Origin: an uncultured delta proteobacterium
Lineage (GTDB): Bacteria > Desulfobacterota > Zymogenia > Zymogenales > Zymogenaceae
NCBI GenBank assembly: GCA_963735595.1
Contig: CAVTLK010000002.1
Coordinates: forward strand, 795,420 to 859,419
Direction: 5' to 3'
Length of the DNA: 64,000 nt
Part shown: piece by piece, positions 20,480 through 30,629 of the stretch
Numbering within the stretch: the stretch's first letter is position 1
Layout of the letters: the number at the start of each line of letters is the position of its first letter
Program-made: the position numbers and the translations under genes
The notes under the pieces: generated by a model
The model's database searches: none
What the model was told of the DNA's origin: nothing
The model's input: the letters and a program-made list of their open reading frames with translations, nothing else

Positions 20480-20508
20480 TTGACACGGGCGCACCGCTGT
20501 GGAATAAT
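20480..20508 (+). promoter_or_regulatory. Putative sigma-70 promoter
   Basis: TTGACA-17-AATAAT with an extended TG. Confidence 0.5.
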
Positions 20509-20538
20509 GGAACGCCCTATTGTTTTACGGAGACATCA

Positions 20539-21333
20539 ATGGAATATCGGTTACTCACCCTCGAGCAGCAGGACAAGACCGCGGTCGTCAGGATATCGCG
20601 GCCGGAAAAAAAGAATGCCCTCTCGATTGACCTGATCGAGGAGCTGTCGCTCATGGCCGAAGATCTCAAGAAGCGCACCGACATCATCGCGGTGGTGCTT
20701 ACCGGCGGCGACTCCTACTTCTCTCCCGGCGTGGACCTGTCCGACCCGAAGCTTTATGCCCTCTTCGGCGAAGGATTGGCCGAAAAACGCCGGGCGATGG
20801 AATACGCCCCCCGGATGTGCCGGGCATGGGAGGAGCTGGATCAATTCACGATCGCGGCGATCGAGGGGTTTTGCGTCGGTGGGGCGGTGGCGCTGACCTC
20901 CGCCCTCGACTTTCGGGTGATGGCCGAGTCCTCGTTTATCCGGGTTTCGGAGATCGTCCTGGGCATGAACATGAGCTGGGCCACGCTGCCGCGCCTCGTC
21001 CACCTCGTGGGCCCGGCCCGCGCCAAGGAGATCGTCATCTTCGCGGACAGGGTAACGGCTGCGGAGGCCTATGAGTGGGGGTTCGCCCAGCGGAAAACGG
21101 CGGACGGCAACGCCCTGTCGGTTGCGCGTACAATCGCCGAACACGTGGCCGAACGGCCGCCCGTCCCGGTCGCCATGACCAAACAGACGATCAACGCCCT
21201 GACGACGGCGATGGACCGCCTGGCCTCGCACATGGATACGGACCAGTTCATCCTCTCGATCATGTCGGAGGATTTCAAGGAGGGAGTCGCCGCGTTCCAG
21301 GCCAAGCGGAAACCCAACTTCACCGGACGTTGA
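20539..21333 (+). CDS. Enoyl-CoA hydratase/isomerase family protein
   Basis: RPEKKNAL, FSPGVDL, IAAIEGFCVGGA, EDFKEGVAAFQAKRKPNFTGR. Confidence 0.9.
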   Translation: MEYRLLTLEQQDKTAVVRISRPEKKNALSIDLIEELSLMAEDLKKRTDIIAVVLTGGDSYFSPGVDLSDPKLYALFGEGLAEKRRAMEYAPRMCRAWEELDQFTIAAIEGFCVGGAVALTSALDFRVMAESSFIRVSEIVLGMNMSWATLPRLVHLVGPARAKEIVIFADRVTAAEAYEWGFAQRKTADGNALSVARTIAEHVAERPPVPVAMTKQTINALTTAMDRLASHMDTDQFILSIMSEDFKEGVAAFQAKRKPNFTGR

Positions 21334-21512
21334 TTCGTCCAGACTCTGCAGGCCTGCCGCCGTTATCCGGGGTCCCCGCCGGCGTCCGCCGTTGGTCCGA
21401 GCGCGGATAGAAACGCGCCCGGTTTGCCGCCTTTTCTTGACCTTTGCTTGACACGCCGGTAAAAATATATTAAGGTCTACCTTCATCAATAACCTTCCGG
21501 GTGAGTTACGAT

Positions 21513-22754
21513 ATGGTAGATACCACGCTGCTGCTTCACGCAAACCTCCTCTACGCGGAATTCCCCTTTGCCGAGATACCCAACGTCGTCGACAGGAGCT
21601 ATCTGCCGGTACTGGAGATGCTCGAAAAGAACCCCCAGTACAAGATCGTCCTCAACGTGACGGGGTTTACGCTGGACGTGCTGTCCGGCGCGTTTCCCGA
21701 ATACGGCAAGTACCCGGAGGTCATCGCCCTGATCAAGACGCTCGTCAAGCGGGGCCAGGTGGAGATCACCGGGACGAGCTGGACCCACGCGATCCTTCCG
21801 CTCATGACGACCGATGACGTCCGGCGGGACGTCGAGCGCTACCTCGATACGGCAAAACGGGTGCTCGGGACGAGGCCCACCGGGTTTTTCCCGCCGGAGC
21901 TTTCCATCGACCCGCTGCTGCCGTCGATCCTGACGGACCTCGGCTTCTCGTGGTGTTTCGTCGACCACGGGCTGCTGCGTTACACAACGGAGGGCCTGCT
22001 CAACGTCGCCAACGATTTCAAGCCGGTGCCCCGCTCGCTGCACAAGCAGATCGCGGGGGCCATGCAGATGAACCCGCTGCGCCAGCTGTGGCTCCTGATG
22101 AAGATGAAAAAATCGATCAGGACGTTGACGGATCTTTCCCCGTTCGTCTGGAACGGCGCCGGGGCCGCGTCGCTGGTCGCGTTTCGGAGCGTCCAGCAGT
22201 GGAACGCCTGGACGCTGTCGAGCCTGGGCCGGATGGCTATCATGAACGAGAAGCGGCTCTACAAGATGCTGGATGCCGTCGCACCGACGCTCTCCGGCTT
22301 TTTCCTGCCGTTTTCCACCGACTTCGAGTTCTACGGTTACCGGGGCAACGTCCTGGAGGATGCGATCCCGATCTCACGGCTGGCGGGCTTCCTCGAGTAT
22401 ATCCACCAGAGCCCGCACCTGTCGTTCACCCTTCCGTCGGAGTATCTCGCAAAGACCGATACCGCCTCGCTCACAGCTCACTACCTGCGCTCCGGCAGCT
22501 GGAGCACCGATGCGGATTTCGCGCTCTGGGACGCCGACCCGGACAACCGGCGGCTCAACGATTTCGTGCGGGAGGTCAAGGGCCTCTACGACCGCCGGGC
22601 AGACGCGCTGTCCAAGTCCGACCGGGAGATTGTCGAGAAATACCTGCTGCTGGCCCAGGGGAGCGACGGCAGGGGATGGACGCCCATACCGGAGCACCGG
22701 CTCTTTTGCTACAACGCGGCCCTCTCTGCGCTCACTATCCTCAAGGGGAAGTGA
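21513..22754 (+). CDS. Glycoside hydrolase family 57, alpha-galactosidase-like
   Basis: HANLLYAE, EITGTSWTHAILPL, GFFPPEL (nucleophile), TDFEFYGY, SDGRGW. Confidence 0.8.
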   Translation: MVDTTLLLHANLLYAEFPFAEIPNVVDRSYLPVLEMLEKNPQYKIVLNVTGFTLDVLSGAFPEYGKYPEVIALIKTLVKRGQVEITGTSWTHAILPLMTTDDVRRDVERYLDTAKRVLGTRPTGFFPPELSIDPLLPSILTDLGFSWCFVDHGLLRYTTEGLLNVANDFKPVPRSLHKQIAGAMQMNPLRQLWLLMKMKKSIRTLTDLSPFVWNGAGAASLVAFRSVQQWNAWTLSSLGRMAIMNEKRLYKMLDAVAPTLSGFFLPFSTDFEFYGYRGNVLEDAIPISRLAGFLEYIHQSPHLSFTLPSEYLAKTDTASLTAHYLRSGSWSTDADFALWDADPDNRRLNDFVREVKGLYDRRADALSKSDREIVEKYLLLAQGSDGRGWTPIPEHRLFCYNAALSALTILKGK

Positions 22755-22823
22755 CGGCGGCGGCGCGCACCGCAAGGGCCTGAAATATCATGATAAACCT
22801 CGATTCACTGATAAGGAGCTGCC

Positions 22824-23609
22824 ATGTCCGAACTCTTAATTGACAAGCGCGATAACGTGGGGATCGTAACCCTCAACCGCCCCGACAACATGAATGCTCT
22901 GACGTTTGGCATGATCAAGGGCCTGATCTCCTATTTCCAGGACGCCGAGCAGGACGACTCGATCCGCGCGATAATCCTCACGGGCAGCGGCCGGGCGTTT
23001 TGCACCGGGGCCGACCTCGTGTCGGGCGCGGGGCGCACCGACATGACCACGGCAATGGGGATGAAGCTCTCGGCCCACCTCTACGGCAAGGTCTACTTCA
23101 GCATGGCCAACTGCGAAAAACCCATCGTCAACGTGATCAACGGTACGGCCGCCGGCGCCGGCGTCAACATCGCGCTGGGGGGCGATATCATCGTGGCGGG
23201 GGAAGGAGTGAAATTCATCGAGGTCTTCGTCAGGCGGGGCCTGGTGCCCGACGCGGGGGGATGCTTCCTGCTGCCGCGGATCGTGGGGCTGGCGCGGGCA
23301 AAAGAGATCATGTTCTTCGGCGAGGACATCCTTGCCGAGAAGGCCCTTGATATGGGGCTGATCCACCGGGTATTCCCCAAGGAAACGCTCATGGACGAGG
23401 CAATGGCGCTGGCGTCGCGGCTGGCGGCGGGCCCGACGCGCTCCATCGGGATGATCAAGAAGATGCTCAACCGCTCGTTTGACGTGGACATGCAGACGAT
23501 GCTCGAATTCGAGAGCGCGTTCCAGGGCATCGCCGTGACCACCGAGGACGCCCGGGAGGGGGTCATGTCGTTTATCGAGAAACGTCCGCCGAAGTTTCAG
23601 GGGAAGTAG
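22824..23609 (+). CDS. Enoyl-CoA hydratase/isomerase (PaaG-like)
   Basis: LNRPDNMNAL, AFCTGADL, NGTAAGAG, GLVPDAGG, EDAREGVMSFIEKRPPKFQGK. Confidence 0.9.
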   Translation: MSELLIDKRDNVGIVTLNRPDNMNALTFGMIKGLISYFQDAEQDDSIRAIILTGSGRAFCTGADLVSGAGRTDMTTAMGMKLSAHLYGKVYFSMANCEKPIVNVINGTAAGAGVNIALGGDIIVAGEGVKFIEVFVRRGLVPDAGGCFLLPRIVGLARAKEIMFFGEDILAEKALDMGLIHRVFPKETLMDEAMALASRLAAGPTRSIGMIKKMLNRSFDVDMQTMLEFESAFQGIAVTTEDAREGVMSFIEKRPPKFQGK

Positions 23610-23850
23610 GAGAAACGGCGGGAGTGCAGCAACTTTTTTTAGGGATTGTTTCGAAATTATGGTGGCGTCATATATCTATATGGCGTCACTTTTGTTTTAT
23701 GGTTTGTCGTATTATTGAGGGGGATGAGGGGGAAGGTCAGGGGTATATCCGTGTTTTCACGGTTAATCTGAGAATATTCGGTTGTCCTTTTCGCTGAGTA
23801 TGCTATATTTCGTTCGGAAGGGAATTAGCGTTAAAATCCCTCGGGAAAGA

Positions 23851-24393
23851 ATGAAAAAGAAAAAAGTCGACGTTGGGCAATTTGTCGGCGATACAAAGAA
23901 CCCTGAAGGTGCCAGCGAAGAGTTTTTAGAAAAAACGGCTCCTCTTATAGGCTATATCGTCCATAGCTTCAATTCACTTGAGCAGCTACTAAACGATACT
24001 ATTTGTCAGCTATTCCATGACGATATGGATTTTATGGGCCTGATAGTAATTCATAAATTAAACTACTCCGCAAAAGTCGATCTGTTTAAACGTTTCCTAA
24101 TTGAACAGCAGACTATGATGGGAATGGAGCTACCGGTTTTCGATAGTCTTGTTAAAAACCTAGAAAAGGCGGGAGAGCTTAGAAATCAGGTAATACATGC
24201 TGACTGGGAAAGCGCCCATGCCGATGGTTATACTCTATGCAAGCTAGTCATAAATACCAAGAATGGCTTTCAGCAGGAATACATTCAATTTACGCCTGAA
24301 GCCCTAGAGGAAATCCTGCAGCTAATCGATGAAACATACTCTATGTTCGAAAAATACGAGGAAGAACGAGAGACAGCATATGCCAATTATTAA
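23851..24393 (+). CDS. Hypothetical protein with AT-rich, foreign codon usage
   Basis: 180-codon helical ORF containing ELRNQVIH (RxxxxH-like). Confidence 0.65.
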   Translation: MKKKKVDVGQFVGDTKNPEGASEEFLEKTAPLIGYIVHSFNSLEQLLNDTICQLFHDDMDFMGLIVIHKLNYSAKVDLFKRFLIEQQTMMGMELPVFDSLVKNLEKAGELRNQVIHADWESAHADGYTLCKLVINTKNGFQQEYIQFTPEALEEILQLIDETYSMFEKYEEERETAYANY

Positions 24394-24456
24394 GACTAAG
24401 TAATTAGTTGCATTAGTGCCTCAACTATCCAAAAGGGAACCATAGAAAGAGTGAAA

Positions 24457-24626
24457 ATTCTTAAAACCCTGCGTTTGCCTCTCCCGCCCCTTGCCACTCA
24501 GCAAGCCATCGTCGCCGAGGTCGAAGCTGAGTAGACACTGGTCAGTGCAAACCGCGAACTGATCGCCCGCTTCGAGAAGAAGATTCAGGATGCTATGGCC
24601 CGTGTCTGGGGCGAAGATGAGCCGGC
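24457..24626 (+). pseudogene. C-terminal relic of a type I-like restriction-modification specificity domain
   Basis: ILKTLRLPLPPLATQQAIVAEVEAE*TLVSANRELIARFEKKIQDAMARVWG; in-frame TAG at 24532; no 5' part. Confidence 0.7.
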
Positions 24627-25667
24627 TCACTTCTTTGGTGGAACAGGTTTGGCGATCTCTTCAAGCGCTTTGACGGACTCCTTTTCCGCCTCGGCTTCAA
24701 GGAAGGCGCGTCGCCGTGCGGCGAATCGCTCGTACTCGGCCTGGGCCTTTGCGTCCGCGCTTTCTTTGCTCACCGTTCCCGCCCCAGGCAGGACACGACG
24801 CTCATTGAAGGCGAGGAACTCGTCGAGCTTCGTCTCCCAATCCTTCAGGAAAACCTGTCTACGGCGGCGCGCCTGGTCCTCCGCGTAATCGAGCCACATG
24901 GTCACAATTCGGTTCAACTCCGATATCTCGTCTTCGGCCAGGTAATTCTTGGCCACGCTGACATCGGCCTTACGGACCGCGCCGCCTTTCCATGTGGTCA
25001 GGCCCATATTCGGCCTGGTATGATCGGCACGCGCGGCGATCAACTCCGCCGCCGTTTTGCCGGTCGCGGCAAAATGGAGCTTGTTTTGGATGATCTTAAA
25101 GAACTCAAGCGTCTTTTCATTATCCGGCTCATAGTCGGCGGCAAGGGCAAATATCTCCCGCACCCTCAGATACATCCGTCGCTCGCTGGCGCGGATGTCA
25201 CGGATACGTTCAAGCAGCTCGTCAAAATAGTCGGGCACACCGGCACCAAGGACAGGCGGATTCTTTAACCGCTCGTCATCCATGGTGAAACCCTTAACTA
25301 AATATTCCCTCAGACGCTCCGTGGCCCACCGACGAAACTGAGTGCCGCGCGGCGAGCGTACCCGATAACCAACGGCAAGAACGACATCCAGGTTGTAGTG
25401 TTCGATCTCCCGCGCTACCTCGCGGGCCCCCTCCCGGCGAACTATCCGGAATTTCCGGATAGTTCCCTCGGGATCGAGTTCTCCATCCTCATAGATATTT
25501 TTAAGGTGTTCATTAATTGTCCTTACATCTTTCTGAAACAATTCCCCGATCAATGCCTGGGAAAGCCACAGAGTTTCCCCTTGAAAACGGCATTCAACGC
25601 GGGTTTTACCGTCCTCGGTTTGATACACGAGAATCTCGCCTGCCGGTGGTGCTTGTTTCCTGTCCAT
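24627..25667 (-). CDS. rhuM: RhuM family protein
   Basis: EILVYQTEDG, YNLDVVLAVGYRVRS, YLVKGFTMDDERLK, DYFDELLERIRDIRASE. Confidence 0.9.
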   Translation of the reverse strand: MDRKQAPPAGEILVYQTEDGKTRVECRFQGETLWLSQALIGELFQKDVRTINEHLKNIYEDGELDPEGTIRKFRIVRREGAREVAREIEHYNLDVVLAVGYRVRSPRGTQFRRWATERLREYLVKGFTMDDERLKNPPVLGAGVPDYFDELLERIRDIRASERRMYLRVREIFALAADYEPDNEKTLEFFKIIQNKLHFAATGKTAAELIAARADHTRPNMGLTTWKGGAVRKADVSVAKNYLAEDEISELNRIVTMWLDYAEDQARRRRQVFLKDWETKLDEFLAFNERRVLPGAGTVSKESADAKAQAEYERFAARRRAFLEAEAEKESVKALEEIAKPVPPKK

Positions 25668-25903
25668 ACGCGGGAACTCCTGGGGTAATTGACAGATAGG
25701 GAGGGCATACGAATTATAGAGAATGAGGCCGAGTATGTCAATTTGGAATAAGAGTAAATCAGGGGGTTTATACATAATTCTATTAGGTGTTTCAATCTCT
25801 CGACCGTCTCATTCCTCCTATGAAGAGCGCGCTCTTCATGAAAAATATTCCCAATATCGTCCATTTGTGCTATATTTTCTAATATTTCTCTTGGAGGTCC
25901 CCG

Positions 25904-27040
25904 ATGAAAATAACCGAGATCGATTTTTATCTCTGTCATTATCCGCTGGCCGCGCCCTTTATGCCGTCATGGATACCCGGCTTTCCCCAGCACAACAACA
26001 GCTGCCTGGTCTGCGTTGTCAAGACCGACGAGGGGATCGAGGGGTATTCGGCCATGGTCGGGTTTCTCGACGAATCCCGCGGACTCGTCGGCATGATGCG
26101 CCCGTTCATGGTGGGGCGCGACCCGACGCGTATCGAGAACATCGTCCAGGTCATCCGCAGCGCACACTACCTGGGCTACAAGGCCTTCTTCATCGAGGTG
26201 GCGATGTGGGACATCCTCGGCAAGAAGGCGGGCCTGCCGATCTATAAGCTCCTCGGGGGAGGGACCGGCATTATCAAGGCCTATGCCTCGTCCGGCGAGA
26301 TACAGGAGCCCAAAAAGCGCCTCGACTACATCAAGCAGATCAAGGACATGGGCTTCAAGGCGGTGAAGCTGCGCATCCGCTCCATGGAGTTCGAAAAGGA
26401 TATCGCGATAGTCGAGTCCGTCAGGGCCGCGGTCGGCGACGATTTTGACATCATGGTCGACGCCAACCAGGGCTGGCCCATCCACCTGGGCCTGGTGGAC
26501 TGGCCGCGCTGGGACCTGAAGCGGGCGATGCGCACGGCCGCGGCGCTCGAGGACCTCAACGTGCGCTGGATCGAGGAGCCGCTCTTCAAGCACGACTACG
26601 ACGGCATGGCGGCGCTCCGCGCCTCCACCACCATCCCGATCGCCGGCGGCGAGTTCAATACCGACCTCTACGAGTTCCGCGACCTGATCGGCGGCGGGTG
26701 CCTGGATATCGTCCAGCCCGACGTGACGCTGGCCGGCGGCATCCTCATGGGAAAGAAGATCGCGGGGATGGCCGAGGCCGCCAACCTCCAGTTTTCTCCC
26801 CACACCTGGACCAACGGGCTGGGGCTTGCCGCAAACCTCCAGCTGATGGGCTCGATCCACATCTGCCCCTACTGCGAGTTCCCCTTCGAGCCGCCCGGAT
26901 GGGTGCCCGAGGCGCGCGACTTCATGCTCACGGAGCCGTTTACGGTCGACAAGGACGGGTTCATCCACGTCCCGGACAAGCCGGGCCTCGGCGTGGAGCT
27001 TGACATGGAAAAGATCAAGGCCCACGGCGAGAAGCTGTAG
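25904..27040 (+). CDS. Mandelate racemase/muconate lactonizing enzyme family protein
   Basis: KAVKLR, MVDANQ, WIEEP, IAGGE, DIVQPD, SPHTW, KPGLGVE. Confidence 0.9.
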   Translation: MKITEIDFYLCHYPLAAPFMPSWIPGFPQHNNSCLVCVVKTDEGIEGYSAMVGFLDESRGLVGMMRPFMVGRDPTRIENIVQVIRSAHYLGYKAFFIEVAMWDILGKKAGLPIYKLLGGGTGIIKAYASSGEIQEPKKRLDYIKQIKDMGFKAVKLRIRSMEFEKDIAIVESVRAAVGDDFDIMVDANQGWPIHLGLVDWPRWDLKRAMRTAAALEDLNVRWIEEPLFKHDYDGMAALRASTTIPIAGGEFNTDLYEFRDLIGGGCLDIVQPDVTLAGGILMGKKIAGMAEAANLQFSPHTWTNGLGLAANLQLMGSIHICPYCEFPFEPPGWVPEARDFMLTEPFTVDKDGFIHVPDKPGLGVELDMEKIKAHGEKL

Positions 27041-27102
27041 CGGGGCCGTCAGTCGGTCACTGCGGTCGTCCAACGCATCACGATAATACGGGGAGGGCAG
27101 CA

Positions 27103-28201
27103 ATGCAGATCGGCATTCCGAAAGAGATAAAGAAGGAAGAATACCGGGTTGCCGTCACGCCGGCCGGCGTGGCGGCGCTGACCGGCCGCGGCCATATCGT
27201 CATCATCGAGAAGGGGGCCGGGGAAAAAAGCGGCATCACCGATGCCGACTACGGCAAGGCGGGGGCGACGATCGCTGCCTCAAACAAGGCGGTGTGGGAG
27301 GGGGCCGAGTGTATCGTCAAGGTCCGGGAGCCGGAGGGGCCGGAGGTGGCGCTTGCCGACGGGTCACCTGGTCTTTTCTTACCTGCACCTGGCGGCAAAC
27401 CCCGAGCTTACCGAGCGGTTGTTAAAGGGCAACGTCACGGCGATCTCCTACGAGACCGTCCAGACCGACGACGGCTACCTCCCGCTGCTGGCCCCGATGA
27501 GTGAGGTGTGCGGGAGGCTCTCCATCAAACAGGGGGCCTACGGGCTGGAGAAGATCAGCGGCGGCAGGGGCGTGCTCCTTTCGGGCGTCTCGGGGGTGCC
27601 AGCCGCAACGGTCGTGATCCTCGGGGCCGGTATCGCGGGGTTCAACGCGGCGTTTATCGCCGCGGGCATCGGCACCGAGGTCTTTATCCTCGATACGTCA
27701 CCGACGCGCCTCAAATACGCCGGCGACATGCTCCGGGGCAAGGCCGTCACCGTCATGAGCAACAAGGCCAGCGTCGAGGAGCACGTGTCCCGGGCCGACG
27801 TCGTGGTCGGAGCGGTACTCATTCCTGGTGGACGGACGCCGCACCTCATATCGAAGACACTCGTCGGGAAGATGAAGCCGGGCGGCGTCATTGTTGACCT
27901 GGCCATCGACCAGGGGGGCATCTCAGAGACCTCCCGGCCCACAACCCACAAGGACCCCTTCTTCGTCGAGGAGGGTATTGTTCACTACGCGGTCCCGAAT
28001 ATGCCGGGGGCGGTGCCGCGCACGTCGACCTTCGCGCTGACCGGGGTGACGATCACCTACGTCTTGGAGCTGGCCGACAAGGGGTTCGAGGGGGCGATCG
28101 CCGACAACCCGTCGCTCAGGCGCGGGGTGAACATCCACAAGGGAAAGGTCGTCCACCGGGGCGTGGCCGAGGCCTGCAGCGAGACCTACTGCGAGTTGTA
28201 A
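27103..28201 (+). CDS. ald: Alanine dehydrogenase family protein (frameshift near 27350)
   Basis: IGIPKEIK..EYRVA, FSYLHLAA, LPLLAPMSEV, AIDQGG, NMPGAVPRTST. Confidence 0.85.
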
Positions 28202-28231
28202 CGGTTCGGGACGATAACCCGAGGGTTATTA

Positions 28232-28684
28232 GTGGACGAAACTGACTTACAGCGGATCGCCGAGGAGATCCTGTCCATGGTCGACCGGGAGACGCGCGCC
28301 TGGGACACGAAGGACGCCGGGGCGCTGGTAGACATCTTCCATCCGGACATGGTGTGGCCCTGGCCGCCGGACAATAGCTTGCATGACCCGATGACCTGGG
28401 AGTTTGTCCAGGGGAGGTACGACCGCAAGCGCTGGCGCGACGGCTGGCAGGGACTGTTCGATACCCACACGCTCGTGCACAACCACAGGCGGACGCTCCG
28501 CATCGAGGTGTCCGCCGAGGGCGACGGGGCGTTCGCCGTGGTCGACGTGGATACGCTCTGGCGGCACAACGAAACCGGAAAAGAAGCTCACTGGAAGGGG
28601 CGGGCCTGCAAGGGCTACACGAAGACGCCGGACGGCTGGAAGCTGATCATGCACACGGGGCTGTTGGAGTACGGGAAGAAGTAG
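28232..28684 (+). CDS. NTF2/SnoaL-like protein
   Basis: RETRAWD..D...L..IFHPD; GWKLIMH C-terminus. Confidence 0.75.
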   Translation: MDETDLQRIAEEILSMVDRETRAWDTKDAGALVDIFHPDMVWPWPPDNSLHDPMTWEFVQGRYDRKRWRDGWQGLFDTHTLVHNHRRTLRIEVSAEGDGAFAVVDVDTLWRHNETGKEAHWKGRACKGYTKTPDGWKLIMHTGLLEYGKK

Positions 28685-28749
28685 GGCTCTCCGATATTTC
28701 GCGCACACGGGCCGGGGCTGACACTGTCATGCCCGGCCTTTTCGTCATA

Positions 28750-28778
28750 TTGACTCCCGCAACAAACCGTCTTATACT
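28750..28778 (+). promoter_or_regulatory. Putative sigma-70 promoter
   Basis: TTGACT-17-TATACT about 30 nt upstream of the ATG. Confidence 0.55.
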
Positions 28779-28809
28779 TGATCAGTTACAGGATGATTAT
28801 CGGTGTCCC

Positions 28810-29592
28810 ATGGATTATCCGATCGGCGGCGGGCTGATCCGCCACTACCGGGTCCTCGGCCTTGTTCCGGGGGCCGACCTCGGGCAGGTGAGGACCGCCT
28901 ACAAGCGCCTTGCCAAACGCTGGCACCCGGACCGCTGCCCCGAGGACCGGCGCACCCCCGCCCGCTTCCAGAAGGTATCCGAGGCCTACCGGGCGATCGT
29001 CGACAGCAAGGAGCGCTCCGGGGCGGAGCTCTTAGCCTTCCTCAGGACCGCCGCGGCGCACGGTGGTCCCCGCGATATCGTCAAGAGCTACCGCGCCCGC
29101 ACGATCTCGACCCTGCTCCTTTCCCGCCTGGCGCTGGCCTACGTCGAAGAGGGGTCGTTCCCGGAGGCCCGCGATATCCTTGACCGTATCGACGCTGCGG
29201 GCGTGCCGCTTGTCTCGACCTCGGTCGGCCGCGCGTACCTCTCGTTTCTGACGGGCGACGACGAGGGCGCCCTCGATAGTCTCTACCGTGCCAAGGACCT
29301 CTTTGGGGGCGACCCCTTGATCGCGCTCAACCTGTCGGTGTTGCTTAAGAAGGTCGGCAGACTTTCGGACGCGTACCGGGAGATAGAAGAGCAGGCCGAC
29401 GACGCCGAGCATAAGGGGAGTTTCTTTGTGGAGCTGGCGGGCTCGGTCTCGTTTCTGGACGATAAGCGCCGGGTTGTGCGGCATTTGAGGCGGGCCGTGG
29501 ACGATCGGCGGCTGGAACTTGCGGCGCAGGGCGGGGCACGCCGGACCGCTCGATTACTGACCGGGCCGGCCGTCTCAACTACCGGACGATGA
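28810..29592 (+). CDS. J-domain protein with TPR-like C-terminus
   Basis: HYRVLGL...AYKRLAKRWHPD...FQKVSEAY. Confidence 0.85.
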   Translation: MDYPIGGGLIRHYRVLGLVPGADLGQVRTAYKRLAKRWHPDRCPEDRRTPARFQKVSEAYRAIVDSKERSGAELLAFLRTAAAHGGPRDIVKSYRARTISTLLLSRLALAYVEEGSFPEARDILDRIDAAGVPLVSTSVGRAYLSFLTGDDEGALDSLYRAKDLFGGDPLIALNLSVLLKKVGRLSDAYREIEEQADDAEHKGSFFVELAGSVSFLDDKRRVVRHLRRAVDDRRLELAAQGGARRTARLLTGPAVSTTGR

Positions 29593-29682
29593 CGGCCGCC
29601 GGAATCTTCACCAATCCTATCAATCGGGGCGCAATGAATTCGGGGCCTTCCCGTCATTCCCACTGTCCGGTACCGTCTCCCT

Positions 29683-30252
29683 CTACTTGCGCAGCTCCTC
29701 CTCGATGACGGTGCTCATTTCGGCAATCCGCGCCGGATCGGAGAAGACCAGCTCAAAGGTGTCCTGGGGCCGGGCGGCCCGCCACAGGTCGAGCGACTCC
29801 TTTGCCTTGAGGTAATAGCCCTTCGGGTCGGGGTCGAAAGGGGCGAAGCTGAAATAGTAATAGGCCCAGAGGCCCGGTATCATGGACGATTTCTCGTCAA
29901 ACCGCGTGAGGTTGCCGATGTCCTCGACGCCGGCTTCGAGACGGTAGAGCATGATGGAGGCGTACGCCCGCATGGCATAAAAATAGGAGAACAGCTCGCG
30001 GTGTTTCGGGATGGCGTCAAGCCCTTCCGTGGCGCTTTCGACCACCATCGCGAAATCTCCCTCCGCGAGGTAGTCGTTAAGCTCATAGAAGTATTCCATG
30101 ACGAGGGGGTCCTCGCTGTCGCTGACTTCGGTAAAGTAGGCGTCGGACAATTTATCGGGATGCGACTGCGGCAGGACCGTCGCGCAGCCGGATATAACGA
30201 TGGAACCGATACAGAATATCAGGAGTCTAATAATCCACGATCGCCGTTTCAT
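29683..30252 (-). CDS. Putative lipoprotein
   Basis: Basic N-terminus, hydrophobic core, ISGC lipobox. Confidence 0.7.
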   Translation of the reverse strand: MKRRSWIIRLLIFCIGSIVISGCATVLPQSHPDKLSDAYFTEVSDSEDPLVMEYFYELNDYLAEGDFAMVVESATEGLDAIPKHRELFSYFYAMRAYASIMLYRLEAGVEDIGNLTRFDEKSSMIPGLWAYYYFSFAPFDPDPKGYYLKAKESLDLWRAARPQDTFELVFSDPARIAEMSTVIEEELRK

Positions 30253-30629
30253 GGGCTTCCCCCTCTTTTTTCGGGGTATTATCCGTCAATCGACGGGCCA
30301 TTTCAAGATAAATCGGCAGCGGCGGCCGCGCGGGAGGGCACCGGGTCTTTGACACGTGTTAGACGGCGGGTAAAAGTTGCTTGACTTTATTCGACGACCC
30401 GGCGTATGATATCGGTAAATGGTGCCCCCGCAGACGTACGGTGAATTGCTTATTACGGGCCTTATCACGGGGAATAAGCAGATGGCCGGCGGAAGGGGAA
30501 AGGGCTCGGGCGGGAAGCTTAACGGCGATGGAGGGGCGGGGGGGTCAATATCGTGCACAAACAAGGGATACAGTAGGGGGAGATTGCCAGCGGCCGTTAC
30601 CGGGGCCGCCGATCTCTCACTTTTTTAAA

